Shown here: in pieces, positions 13,540 through 25,930 of the stretch
Layout: the number at the start of each line of letters is the position of its first letter
Numbering within the stretch: position 1 is the stretch's first letter
DNA from: Eledone cirrhosa
Taxonomy: Eukaryota
DNA length: 64,000 nt
Direction: 5' to 3'
NCBI GenBank assembly: GCA_964016885.1
Contig: OZ024758.1
Span: 22,816,001-22,880,000 of the forward strand
The notes under the pieces: model-generated
The model's database searches: none
The model's input: the letters and a program-made list of their open reading frames with translations, nothing else
What the model was told of the DNA's origin: nothing
Made by a program: the position numbers and the translations under genes

Positions 13540-13720
13540 TATATATAAAAACAAATAGTAGAAAGGAAAAAAGATTCTTTCAGTAGAGAATGTTGAAGAG
13601 ATTTTTTTCAGTGAGATATCAAAAATAAATAAAATGTTTTGATATCTCACTGAAAAAAATCTCTTCAACATTTTCTACTGAAAGAATCTTTTCCCTTTCT
13701 ACTATTTGTTTTTTTTATAT
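13540..13720. repeat. Imperfect inverted repeat, about 80-bp arms, in (TA)n
   Basis: AAACAAATAGTAGAAAGG...GAGATATCAAAA / TTTTGATATCTC...CCTTTCTACTATTTGTTT. Confidence 0.88.
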
Positions 13721-14179
13721 ATATATATATAGCGTGGAAAAATTGACATAGAATGGAGATGATGACAATGATATATATACAGAATCAGTCCTGTATGAGC
13801 AAGACATGGTCACCTGACCTAGCATTACCTATAACAGGACAACCTGCCTAACCCATGCTAGCATGGAAAATAGACGTAAACATCCAGCCCACACTGTAAA
13901 GTGATCGTGTAGGTGTCACGACAAAAAGCACACAGCACACACTGTAAATGTGGTTGGAGCTAGGAATGGCATCCAGCTGTAGAAAACCAGTTAGAAACAG
14001 TCCTATATGAGCAAGACATGGTCACTCGACCCAACTTGCCTCTAAATGGGACAAACCTGTCTAACCAATGCTAGCGTGGAAGATAGATGTTAAACGATGA
14101 TGATGATACACACACACATATATATATCAGCATCATCGTTTTAATGTCCATTTTCTACGCTAGCATGGGTATCAAATCA

Positions 14180-14539
14180 TTATCATTTTACGTCCGCTTT
14201 TCCCTGCTTGCAAGGGTGGGACGGGCACTGATTCTGGCTTGATCTCTACAGCTGGATGCCCTTCCTAACACCAACCTCATTTACAGTGAGTGCTGGATGC
14301 TTTTTTTTTTCCGTGGCGCCTACACGTCCACTTTACAGTATGGGCTGGGTGCTTTTTTGCTGTGGCACCTCCAGGACCACTTTGCATGGGAATGATAGGG
14401 ACCCCAGTCCTATCATCTCATTTCTACAGCTGAGTAAACTGGAGCAATGTGAAATAAAGTGTCTTGCTCAAGGAAACAACGCATCACCCGGTCCGAGAAT
14501 TGAACTCACAACCTTTCGATTGCAAGCCCAATGCCTCCA
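14180..14539 (-). mobile_element. SINE A copy
   Basis: Reverse-complement match, partial deletion in the head. Confidence 0.85.
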
Positions 14540-15268
14540 TATATATATATATATATACAACACATATTTATGTGTAGCTGATTATTGCTTTCACTTTATC
14601 GTAGAATCTTAACACAAACATTCTATTACAACACTTCAACGTATCATTAGATCAATCAATTTATATCTACTGCAAGTTTTAATAAGAATGAATACAATAG
14701 CTAACTTTTAATACAAATAAAACACAAATAGTAATCTAATCGACTGGAGAGGAATGTCCTGGTAGTTGTCTACTGGATAATCTATGAGGAAAAATTAACC
14801 CTTTACCATTTACATTACTCTATATTTACTATTGTATTTTCACAGTAAAGGCTTTATCTTACATAATTATCTCACATAATATCAAAGCTATGAGATTTTG
14901 ATATTATTTATTTTGAGAACTGTACCTTAATATTGGCATGAGCAGCCAGAATTTTCTCACCTCTTTCTGTTCAAACTGGCCATAACTAGCCATTCATTAT
15001 GATGTTAAGTTATTGTTCTCAAAATAAACATCAAAATCTCATAGTTTCGATATTATGTAAGGTAAAGCCTCTACCATGAAAATATAATAGTAAATATAGA
15101 GTAGCGTAAATGCTAAAGGGTTAACTACTCAGTGGACTTTACCAATCTTAACAAGACTCTAGCCATTTCACTTGATCATCTTTTAAAACAGTATATAAAC
15201 TCTTTATAGGAAATACAAAGAAAACAATTGTAAAAAGCAGAAAAGAAATAATAAATATGTATATTTAC

Positions 15269-15471
15269 CAACACAAAAGTTACAAAGATTGTAAAGGTGA
15301 CGACAGAAGGAATCATCATCTGTGATTGAGTTAAGTCAGTTTGGCTGAAAAACAGCACCAAACCAAATGTATAAAGACCTCGTAGTATACTGTAGAACAT
15401 GATAAACTGTTCAAATTTACTTAATTTGATGGTAGTGTCTCGACTTGGCCACCAGACAAAGGTGATTCCAC
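15269..15471 (-). CDS. NHE-like gene, exon D (203 nt, phase 1 to 0)
   Basis: Acceptor tatttttctAG, donor GTaaat. Encodes GITFVWW...KLSKFEQFIMFYSILRGLYTFGLV...VVTFTIFVTFVL, compare NHE [23 protein letters not shown]...VIFFTVFVQ. The other two frames have stops. Confidence 0.9.
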
Positions 15472-15571
15472 CTAGAAAAATAAATAGAAAACAAAAAAAA
15501 AATTAATGCATATAGAATATAATCAAATAGAATAGTCAGTTTATTTGCTTTAACCCTTTAGCATTTAAACC

Positions 15572-15828
15572 TGTCGTTGTACATAAAAGGAGAGTAAAAT
15601 TTGCTGGCCACTGCCATCGTGCCACCTATGAGACTGTGTCACCATTAGTGCTTTGGAAACCACAAGCAGTCACTAATAACAGGGGGCGCAAGCTCTCCTA
15701 TCCTGATGTCATCTCCAGAGATTCTGGTATTGAAATCCAGGATTTGGCAACGGCAATGAACGACAGATCCACTTGGAGATCAATTGTTGAGTCCATTTTC
15801 GGATGAGGCCACCGCATGATAATGATGT
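15572..15828 (+). mobile_element. RTE-type LINE 3' fragment nested in a piggyBac-like MITE
   Basis: Translates KRRVKFAGHCHRA...GRKLSYPDVISRDSG...AMNDRSTWRSIV. Related to 61880-62130. Confidence 0.75.
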
Positions 15829-16130
15829 TAAAACCAGCCATATCTGGCCAGAATTCTCTCACCTCTTTTGGTTCAAACTGGTTGTAACCAGCCACTCATA
15901 CTTATGTTAAGGTATTGTTCTCAAAATAAACTATATCAAAATCTCATAGATTCGATATTATGTGACATAATTATGTGAAATAAAGTGTTTACCATGAAAA
16001 TACAATAGTATATATATATATAGAGTAATGGAAATGCTAAAGGGTTAAACTTTTAATGTGAGTTACAATAATGACAAAATAGGTATTAAGTTATTGCTTT
16101 ATCAGAGACAACCAATGATATCATACTTAC

Positions 16131-16357
16131 CAAGAGATGTGTAGTTGATGCAGAGAAACAGACAGAAGAATACAAAAATGCTGTTCCAGCAGTAAGTCTG
16201 TGTGTCAACTGACAATAGGAATAAAAGTATCAGAGCTTCACAGACACAAGACAAAGTCTTCAGGGACAAAGAGACAGCTCTTTTGGATGAAGTCAGTGAC
16301 CTTTCTGAGAGATGGGCTTGAACATACTGCTTGATGCTGATTCCACAGAAGATTACT
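16131..16357 (-). CDS. NHE-like gene, exon C (227 nt, phase 2 to 1)
   Basis: Acceptor tttcttttcttgtttcAG, donor GTaagtat. Encodes VIFCGISIKQYVQAHLS...LKTLSCVCEALILLFL...CWNSIFVFFCLFLCINYTSLG, compare NHE ...YVEANIS...LKMWSSVSETLIFIFLG...[21 protein letters not shown]. Confidence 0.9.
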
Positions 16358-16392
16358 CTGAAACAAGAAAAGAAAATAATAATAATAAAATG

Positions 16393-16735
16393 TATCTATC
16401 CCCCCACAGATGACAATATATCTTCCAAGGAAATAGAGAAACTCTCCAAATATAAAGATCTAGAGATAGAAATAACTCGAATGTAGAAAATGGAAACAGA
16501 AACCTATAATAATAGATGATCTAGGAATGATAAAAAAAAACAAAAAAACACAGACAAATACATAGCCCAAACCCCAGGACTTACAAATATATACGGCATA
16601 CAAAAGATAACACTACTAGGCACTGCAGACATTATGAAAAGTACTATCAATACAATAGAAACAACACTGCACAAACCCAAGGTGCACAGAACTGTGCTCG
16701 GTAGTGCAGTAATGATGTGGAATAAAAATAATAAT
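16393..16735 (+). mobile_element. Degenerate Dong/R4-clade (restriction-like endonuclease) retrotransposon 3' fragment
   Basis: Translates VSIPTDDNISSKEIEKLSKYKDLEIEITRM*...IQKITLLGTADIM, the typical R4/Dong C-terminus. Flanked by (TAA)n. Confidence 0.75.
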
Positions 16736-17905
16736 ATGCACCACATGGCCTCAGCCAGGTGGCTGGAGTAGGTAAAAGAGTAAAAGAGTAATTCAGAAAT
16801 TATCAAAATGTTTCTATAGACATTTAAATTGTCTCACAGCAGAATTGAGTTTCTAATTCATTCAGCATTCACCTCAGAATTGATTGAATCTAAATGACTT
16901 AACATTCTATTTAGTGACTGCTGTTTTGCCTGAAAGCAAGACACAGTATGTGGCATGGTTTCACCAGTTTACTGAGCTGAAAACTAGTGTTGCTGCTTCT
17001 ATTCGAAAGTTGAGTGATTAGTAATAAGAAGAAGAGTATCAATCTGTCAAAATTACTGCTCCAATAATTCAAATGCAAATTTTATAAAACTTTCCACTCA
17101 TGTTGAAGCAAAATAATTAACAAATTTTTTTTTTTAATCAAATAAATCACCCATCCTAAGCTATATTAAATAGAATTATTAGAATCCAAAAGTAAACATT
17201 ATTTTTCTTCAATATCATCATCATCATTTAACATCTATTTTCTGTGCTTGCGTGGGTTAGCTGCGTTGTCATGTACACTGGTCACACAGGTTAGATGAAT
17301 AAATCCTGCCTACACACTCCGTTTTGGGCTTGGTTTCTACAGCTGGATGTTCTTCATAAAACCAACCACATTACAGTGTGTACGAGGACCAATTTATTGT
17401 AACTCTAGCACTACCACCTTACAGGGTGAACTGAGTGCTTTTTTATCGTGACACTAGCACTACCACCTTACAGGGTGAACTGAGTGCTTTTTTTATCGTG
17501 ACACTAGCACTACCACCTTAGAAGGTGAATTGAGTGCTTTTTTATCGTGACACTAGCACTACCACCTTAGAAGGTGAATTGAGTGCTTTTTTTTCATGTC
17601 ACCAATACTACCACGAAACCTTCCATCATATTTTTATTTAAGAACCTTTGTTAAGTATAACCTCTGATTTGGTAAGTTTATTCAAATATTGAACATATAT
17701 AAGCAAATAAAACAGTACTCACGACACAAAGTAGAGTTATATTGAATATTCAAGTGTCTTTTATGGTTATATTTCAGCTGAGTAAACTGGAGCAATTTGA
17801 AATAAAGTGTCTTGCTCAAGGAAACAACACATCACCTGATCTGAGAATTGAACTCACAACCTTTCGATTGTAAGGCCAATGCTCTAACCACTAAGCCATG
17901 TGCCT

Positions 17906-17944
<39 letters not shown>

Positions 17945-18666
17945 CATGTGTGTGTGTATGTGTACAAAGTTTACTGGTGCTTGAGCCATGATTAAATGTG
18001 CCCAGTACACTCTAATAAGTGGTTGGCATTAGGAACAGGATCCAGCCATTGGAACCATTCAAAGAAGGAATATATTGAGCAAGATGTGGCCCCCACCAGC
18101 ATATCTGAGAGAACAGTAGCTCCAGTTAAGTAATGATTTGTTCTGTATAATGACCCATCCAACACATGACCACATAGGAAAACAATGAATCTATGACGAT
18201 GATGATGATGATGGTGGTGGTGATGATGGCGATGATGATGATGGTAGTGGTGGTGGTGGTGAAGTAGAACACACATCACAAGTTAGAGTGACCATAACTA
18301 CAAAAGCAAGCTGGCTTTAACTACAATGCTAAATGACAGAAAGAGAAGACAAGAGAAAGCAAGTGTAGTTAATTACATGTTTGTAGTTGTATGTGTGTGC
18401 CTGTATGTGCGAGTGTGTGTGTGTGTGTGTGTGTGTGTGTTTATTTGTATGTGCGTGTAAGGTTATACATTGTGTATAAATAAACGTAAGCTGATTGTAT
18501 TGAAAGAAAAAACAAGCAGATATGTGCATATGTGACTGTGAATGTACAGATGGTGTGGTGGAGGCTATAATGTATGTGTTAGGGAGCACTATTCTCAATA
18601 ATCTCATGTGGGTCTAGGAAGCCAGAGATAAGTTATGAAAGTGGGAGATGTACATTATCATTACTG

Positions 18667-19040
18667 TGGAGGCACATGGCTTAGGTGGAGGCACATGGCT
18701 TAGGTGGAGGCACATGGCTTAGTGTGGAGGCACATGGCTCAGGTGGAGGCACATGGCTTAGTGTGGAGGCACATGGCTTAGTGAGGAGGCACATGGCTTA
18801 GTGTGGAGGCACATGGCTTAGTGTGGAGGCACATGGCTTAGTGTGGAGGCACATGGCTCAGGTGGAGGCACATGGCTTAGTGTGGAAGCACATGGCTTAG
18901 TGTGGAGGCACATAGCTTAGTGTGGAGGCACATGGCTCAGGTGGAGGCACATGGCTTAGTGTGGAGGCACATGGCTTAGTGTGGAGGCACATGGCTTAGG
19001 TGGAGGCACATGGCTTAGTGTGGAGGCACATGGCTTAGTG
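18667..19040 (+). repeat. 19-20-bp tandem repeat of the SINE A 5' end, about 19 units
   Basis: (GTGGAGGCACATGGCTTAG[T])n running into the intact SINE at 19022. Confidence 0.93.
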
Positions 19041-19372
19041 GTTAGAGCATTGGCCTTGCAATCGAAAGGTTGTGAGTTCAATTCTCAGACCGGGTGATGT
19101 GTTGTTTCCTTGAGCAAGACACTTTATTTCACATTGCTCCAGTTTACTCAGCTGTAGAAATGAGATGATAGGGACTGGGGTCCCTATCATTCCACTGTAA
19201 AGTGGTCGTGGAGGTGCCACGGCAAAAAAGCACCCAGCACTCACTGTAAATGAGGTTGGTGTTAGGAAGGGCATCCAGCTGTAGAAATCAAGCCAGAATC
19301 AGTTCCCGTCCCACCCTTGCAAGCAGGGAAAAAGCGGACGTAAAATTAAATGATGATGATGATGATGATGAT
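19022..19372 (+). mobile_element. SINE A copy
   Basis: Full-length match to 1846-2180. Confidence 0.9.
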
Positions 19373-19815
19373 GAACACCTTTTTAAGAGAGGGAAACTCT
19401 GAAAAAAAAACAAAAAAACTGTGGCTTCGGAAGCATCCGATGTTGTTGACCAGTTCTCCTTTTCGGGTAGTGTTTTCGTTGCTCAGATAATGGGATTGGT
19501 CAAGTGCACTTAAAAAAACCTTCAAAGCACAGGCGTTGCTTGTTCAGGATATGTTACAGGTTTGTGTAGCTGGCCGTAGCCTAAAAGTGCACCAAACTCT
19601 ATAATCTGACAAGTGATGGCAGTACTCTTAACAGAGTTTGCAGCCATCACACACACACAAACACTTATAAGTAAGCAAGGTCCGATGAGCTTTTAATTGT
19701 AGAGTCGGGCCAGATTGATACAGATCAAACCTTGAGCTGATAAATAGCGAAACGTGTGTCACTACACAATAAACATAATGGAGTCATAACATATCGTCCT
19801 TTTTTATTTTATATA

Positions 19816-19855
<40 letters not shown>

Positions 19856-20730
19856 GAGGAGGTGAGACAAGTTTATGTAAATATTGTTATGCAAATAATA
19901 AAAAAAAAGAGAAAACTTAATCATTGCCAATGAAAAAAATCTATAAAAATGGATTTAAGATATCTTGGTATTGCCAAAGTTGAAAATATTGTTTTAGCAA
20001 TGTCATATTTTGAAAATAACAACTTTGAGATGAAGTTACTGAACTATTGATAAATAATTTCAGTTGGAAATTCTGTATACCCAATAAAGCCTATATTTGA
20101 TTGAAAATGTTGGCTGTTTCATGAACTGTTAATCCCTTCTAGAAATAGATGTCCTGACAGTAAGAATAAACCTGAGACGGTGCATCAAATATAAATAATT
20201 GTTTCTACTTTTGGCACAAGGCCAGCAATTACCCAGTGTATTACTGGTACTTTATTTTATCGACCCCGTAAGGATGGAAGGCAAAGTTAACCTCGGCGGG
20301 ATATAAATAATAAATCAAAAGCTGCCTATTTTAATGATAAAACCTATGAACCCTTCTATGCTTTATTTACTTTTCTGCTTAGGTGTGCTTAAGCACAGGG
20401 CCCTGTTGACCAGGAGGGGTCCTATCTTCCAGCCCCCAATTTTTTTTTTTACAATGAATTTTAAAATGAAAGGGCCTCATAACTTAAATAACACAGACCT
20501 GTTGAAAAATATTCTTTGAACTACTAACTTTTAGTAATTGTAACTGAATGTTTAACACACCACCTATCCAACCTGATTGCTCCAATGAGGAGGTAAGGCC
20601 AGGGCCGGATTTAATGGGGTGGCCCAACCAGCGATGGCTGTAGCAATATTTGTGCCCTCAGCTGGGCTTTTTAGTTTTAGGATCGTTAGAATTTTTGAAT
20701 TTAATACCTATATGTATAACTTATAAAAAT

Positions 20731-20833
20731 CTGTTGGAGACGCAGGACATGGCAGCGATAATGAGGGACAGAGACCGTTGGAGAGAACTCGTTCATGGAT
20801 CTCGGGAATTTTACCCGCCTTAGATAGATAGAT
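20731..20833 (+). mobile_element. RTE-type LINE 3' end with (TAGA)n tail
   Basis: LLETQDMAAIMRDRDRWRELVHGSREFYPP* followed by ATAGATAGAT. Same tail occurs inverted at 53451-53512. Confidence 0.7.
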
Positions 20834-21502
20834 GTATAACTTTTCAAATCTAATTACTTGTTAACTTGCTAACTTTGATATGTAAAATCGGAGGGTTTGC
20901 TGTATATTCTAATTTTTTGTCCATGAGGGGGCCACCCAAACCTGAAGTGCCCCAGGCCCCCCAACGTCTTAATCAAACCTTAGGTAGGGAGGCACAAATC
21001 TAAGGGCGCTGTCTCTTTATTTTCAGATTAATGCAAAACAAAAATACAACGCACAAAGCTGATTGAATTAAATCAATAAATATTAAACAGAAAACAAACT
21101 AAGAACCAAAATAACATCATCATCGTCATATATATTCAGTTTCTGTATGTGTGAGTGGTTACAGACTGTTAAAAACACTGTCTAGATTATTAGGACTGTA
21201 CTGAATAACTAATTTGAAAAAATTGATTTTTATTAAGTAAAACCACACAGCACGAGATATAAAGGTAACTTAGTTGTTGTTTTTTTAATCAATATAAAAT
21301 ATAACTGGCATAAAATTCAAAATGGAAATACAGGTAAAAAACAAACATGAAATATGTATATCACTGAAAGAAGTTGAAGCTTATAAAATAATATGTGTAT
21401 TTTGTATATCTAATGATATACGAAAATACACATACTTATATCTATATAGTGAATACCTTATAAAATAGTGATTTACACAAAATATTGATGCCTGATTTTT
21501 TT

Positions 21503-21920
21503 CTTACTTTGAAATATGTTTAGAAAAAATAGGAATAAATGTATACTAAAAAAAACAACAACCCCAAAACATTGTATGAAGCCAGCTAAACCTACATAGG
21601 TGTGTGTGCAATAACAACATAATAGGACTGGAGCCCCTATCATTAAAACACAGAAGAATACTCCTTAGAGATACCACCAAGTCTTACTTAGAAATATGTT
21701 TAGAAAAAATAGGAATAAATGTATACTAAAAAAAAAACAACCCCAAAACATTGTATGAAGCCAGCTAAACCTACATAGGTGTGTGCGCAGTAACAACATA
21801 ATAGGACTGGAGCCCCTATCATTAAAACACAGAAGAAAACTCCTTAGAGATACCACCAAGTCTTACTTTGAAATATGTTTAGAAAGAAATGGGAATAAAT
21901 GTATACTAAAAAAAACCCCC
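21503..21920. repeat. Tandem duplication, about 179-bp unit, 2.3 copies
   Basis: CTTACT...GAAATATGTTTAGAAA restarts at about 21503, 21682 and 21861. Confidence 0.9.
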
Positions 21921-22599
21921 TAAAATACAAAGAATTGATGTGATGATGATGAAATTCAGTATGAAAAGCTTACTTGCGGATTAAAAACCTTGCTTTTGTT
22001 GGTAGGCATGATGGAAAACAACCATTAGGACCTGAAAGACGAGGTCTCAGAGCAAAAGAAGAGAACAAACTGCACACTAGCAAATCTAAATCAGAAATTT
22101 AACTGAACTCCACCGATAAGATAATACATTTTTTTATTTAAAAAGTAGAACTATATGCGACTGATCAAAGTGACAAGATACAGAGATGATGTCATAGGGT
22201 AAAAATCAGGAAGAGTAGTAGTAACTAGACCAATTCATTGTACACTACTACTAACTAGATATTATTTAACCCATTAGCATTTAAACCAGCTGCATCCAGC
22301 CAGAATTCTCTCATCTCTGTTCAAACCAACTGTAACCAACCGCACATAGTGATGTTAAGGTGTTGTTCTCAAAATTTATAATATCAAATTCTCATAGACT
22401 CAATATTATGTGAGGTAAAGCCTTTACCAATAAAATAAAATAGTAAATATAGAGTAATGTGAATGCTAAAGAGTTAAACATATTTTCTCTATGGATCAAT
22501 CACTTCATTAAAAGAAAATTATTGTCTCAAACCAAAAAGAAAGCTTCTTTATAACTCACTATGTTCAAAATAAGGAACTCCCTAAAACTAAATAAACCC

Positions 22600-22971
22600 T
22601 TAACCCTTTAATTTTTAAACCGGCCCAAACCGGCCAGAATTCTCTACCTCTTTCTGTTGAAACTGGCTGTAACTGGTTGCTCAAACTGATGTTAAGGTAT
22701 TGTTCTCAAAATAAATACTTTCAAAATCTCATAGATTCGATATTATGTGAGATAAAGCCTTTACCATGAAAATATAATAGTATATATAGAGTAATGTGAA
22801 TGTTATGTGAGATATTATGTGAGATAATTATGTGAGGTAAAGCCTTTCCGATGAAAATACAATAGTATATATAGAGTAATGTAAATGTTATGTGAGATAT
22901 TATGTGAGGTAAAGCCTTTACCATGAAAATATAATAGTATATATAGAGTAATGTGAATGCTAAAGGGTTAA
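22600..22971 (+). mobile_element. piggyBac-like MITE with internal duplications. Other copies near 4784-5010, 7680-8056, 8110-8296, 9585-9775, 14795-15125, 15550-16028, 22267-22478, 38662-39191, 40838-41200, 52165-52395, 52500-52715
   Basis: Family termini TTAA|CCCTTTA(GCATTTA)...(TAAATGC)TAAAGGG|TTAA: TTAA target site and CCC...GGG inverted ends, non-coding. Confidence 0.85.
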
Positions 22972-23034
22972 ATCTCAGGATAAAGATAAAATTATAAATC
23001 CCACAATGAAAACAGAATAATCATGGCTAGAGTA

Positions 23035-23283
23035 GAGTAAAGGGTAAAGACCCCTTTAGGTCACGAATAACCATGGGATTTGCACCTAGAAAGTTCCCCT
23101 CTGAGGCACAATTCCGGGGAAGACCTTTGTGGAAGACCAGCAGTCACCCATACCTATCAGTGCCCCTGCTCTACGCCACCGATGTTGTCCGAGGAGAAAG
23201 GCAATGGTCGATACAGCTTGGTACCAGGGACGTCACAACTCATTTCTACAGCTGAGTGAACAGGAGCAACGTGAAATAAAGTG
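23035..23283 (-). mobile_element. CORE-like SINE fragment with a different 3' tail
   Basis: CTCATTTCTACAGCTGAGTGAACAGGAGCAACGTGAAATAAAGT joined to an unrelated 200-bp segment. Confidence 0.6.
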
Positions 23284-23681
23284 GGGTAACATATAGGCTG
23301 AGTATCATGCAGAGGAAAGACAAATGGTTGTGAGGTGGTCTTAGATAGAGGTACAATGAATTTGTCACTTCAGAGGCTCAGGGGTCACTGAAGTAATGAA
23401 AGTACTAGCAGAGAGAAGCTATAGAAACCTGTAGTAGTACATTGATATCAATGATAGTAGTAGTATGTTGGTGAGTGGATTGTTGGATTTGGCTGAGAAT
23501 GTGTATATGTGTAGGAGCAGAACCATTCAAAATAACTTTGCAGCACTCTTATCTGAGACTTAAATGAGCCCTGGAGATTGTAGGGAGTGAGCACCTGATC
23601 AAAGCTGAAATATATATTTTTTACCTAAAAACAGGGAATCGTAGATTTTGAGATGTGGCTTTGGCAATGTTATATATATAA

Positions 23682-23870
23682 GGCGGTGGATTGGCAGTAT
23701 CGGTAGAGGGTCGGACGCCATGCTTTCCAGCATAGTTACGTCCCTTTACGATCTGAGTTCAAATCCCGCCAAGGTTGACTTTGCCTTTCATCCTTACGGG
23801 GTCGATAAAATAAAGTACCAGTAATGCACTGGGTATTTGCTGGCCTTGTGCCTAAAGTAGAAACAGTTAT
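23682..23870 (+). mobile_element. SINE B (about 190 bp, tRNA-like head, (ATT)n tail). Other single copies near 5138-5320(+), 7470-7660(-), 24715-24900(-), 39386-39573(+), 42760-42952(-)
   Basis: A box TGGCAGTATCGG, B box GAGTTCAAATCC, conserved body GCCTTTCATCCTTACGGGGTCGATAAAATAAAGTACCAG. Confidence 0.88.
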
Positions 23871-24204
23871 ATATATAAGGTCACCAAGAGAAATCACCAG
23901 AGACGGTCATCTCAATCTAGATAACAATAAGTTCAGATATATGAGATCCCTAACAATATAATTTGAGAATTAATGACAATATAAATTCTTGCATTATAAC
24001 AGATTCTATGAAGAAAGGTTGTAAAAACAACAACAACAGTAAATCATCATTCCATCATCATCATCAAACACCCATCTTCTACGCTAGCAAGGGTTAGATG
24101 GGTTTGTCCCATTTGGGGCAAGTTGGGTCGGGTGACCGTGTCTTGCTCGTATGGGACTGTTTCTGACAGGTTTTCTACAGCTGGATGCCCTTCCGAATGC
24201 CAAC

Positions 24205-24595
24205 CACATTTACAGTGTGTGCTGGGCGCTTTTTCCTGTGTCTCCTACATGACCACTTTACAGCATGGGCTGGGTGCTTTTTGTCGTGACACCTACATGA
24301 CCACTTTACAGTGTGGGCTGGGTGCTTTTTGTCGTGACACCTACACGACCACTTTACAGTGTGGGCTGGGTGCTTTTTGTCGTGACACCTACACGACCAC
24401 TTTACAGTGTGGGCTGGGTGCTTTTTGCCGTGACACCTACATGACCACTTTACAGTGTGGACTGGGTGCTTTTTGCCGTGACACCTACATGACCACTTTA
24501 CAGTGTGGGCTGGGTGCTTTTTGTCGTGACACCTACATGACCACTTTACAGTGTGGGCTGGGTGCTTTTTTGTCGTGACACCTACTTTACAGTGT
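24205..24595. repeat. 48-bp minisatellite inside an RTE 3' UTR-like fragment
   Basis: Unit CCACTTTACAGTGTGGGCTGGGTGCTTTTTGTCGTGACACCTACA(C/T)GA. Confidence 0.92.
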
Positions 24596-24938
24596 GAAAT
24601 GGATGTTTTGTGGTACCAACACAACTTTACAGAGTAAGGGTGGTGTGGGCAGAAGTGGGAGGATGGTGTAGGGGTTGTGGGGTATATATTGAATTAAGAG
24701 GTGCCTTTAAATGATAATTATTTCTACTTTAGGCACAGGGCCAGCAATTACCCAGTGCATTACTGGTACTTTATTTTATCGACCCCCGTAAGGATGAAAG
24801 GCAAAGTCAACCTCGGCGGGATTTGAACTCAGATCGTAAAGGGACGTAACTATGCTGGAAAGCATGGCGTCCGACCCTCTACCGATACTGCCAATCCACC
24901 TTTAAATGATAATGAAATACAGATATTTATATACTTAC

Positions 24939-25192
24939 CCTAGAATTGCTGGCAGTTGGAACAGTTGCAGACTAAAATAGATGAGGCAAACCAGAACAGC
25001 AATGACTGCAAATTCTAAGAAATAAATGATCGAAGGTCTGCAGACTTTGCCAATAATGGATGCTAAGCAGCTAAGTAAAAGACCAGTAGCTGTTCCTTCA
25101 ACTCCAACAGCTAGCAAACACTCCACAATGTTTCCTAAAGAGCTTGGTCTCAGAACTGTAGTGTATGTATTACCCATGAAATGGTATAGAAT
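24939..25192 (-). CDS. NHE-like gene, exon B (254 nt, phase 0 to 2)
   Basis: Acceptor ttttctctttcAG, donor GTaagtat. Encodes ILYHFMGN...LEFAVIAVLVCLIYFSLQLFQLPAILG, compare NHE VLYHLF...[27 protein letters not shown]. Phase matches both neighbours. Confidence 0.9.
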
Positions 25193-25679
25193 CTGAAAGA
25201 GAAAACATTTTAGTTTAACTTTTTTTGCATTTAAACTGGCCGTATCCGGCTAGAATTCTCTCACCTCCTTCTGTTCAAACCGGCCGTAACTAGCTGCTCA
25301 TACTTATGTTAATCCTTTAGCATTTACATTACTCTATATTTACTATTAAATTTTAACAGTAAGGCTTTACTTCCCATAATTATTTCAAATATCGAATCTA
25401 TGAGATTTTGATATAAACATATTTAGAAATAAAGCAATAATTCTACAAATGGGAACATTCCTATTTAAAAATTTAAAGAAAAACTCAAGTTGTAGGGCCC
25501 CTTTGCAACTCATTTCTTCAGCTGAGTAAACTGGAGCAACTTGACATAAAGTGCCTTGCTCAAAGACACAACGTATCACCCAGTCCAAGAATCAAACTCA
25601 CAACCTCCCAATTGCAAGCCCAACAGTCTAACCATTAAGCCATGCACCACCAAGTAACATCATATATATTACAAGTAAA

Positions 25680-25930
25680 AGGAATCGATCAACAAGATCC
25701 AAGACCTCATTCACTTGCGGAGTGGAGCGGACCTCATCAAATCCAACCAAGGAAATAATGTTTCCACTGGTCTTTCCATTGCTGATACTATCTACCAGTC
25801 GCAACTCCTTGGCAGAAGGAGCAGCCTGAAAATAAAGTGTCTTGCTTAAGGACACAATGGATCACCCAGTCCAAGAATTGAACTCACAACCCCACGATTG
25901 TGAATCCAGCTCTCTAACCATTAAGCTACA
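25680..25930 (-). mobile_element. SINE C monomer, same family as the element hosting the 86-bp array
   Basis: Matches both flanks and one unit of the 27300-33232 array. tRNA-like head on the minus strand. Confidence 0.75.

Noticed and set aside
13540-13720. Hammerhead within this inverted repeat
   Set aside because: The core reads CTGAAAA and the required stems are absent. Kept only as an inverted repeat.
21974-22085. 112-nt AG/GT-bounded open segment on the minus strand within the NHE intron
   Set aside because: Phase 1 to 2 is incompatible with exon B (ends phase 2), there is no NHE similarity, and exons B and C already join seamlessly.
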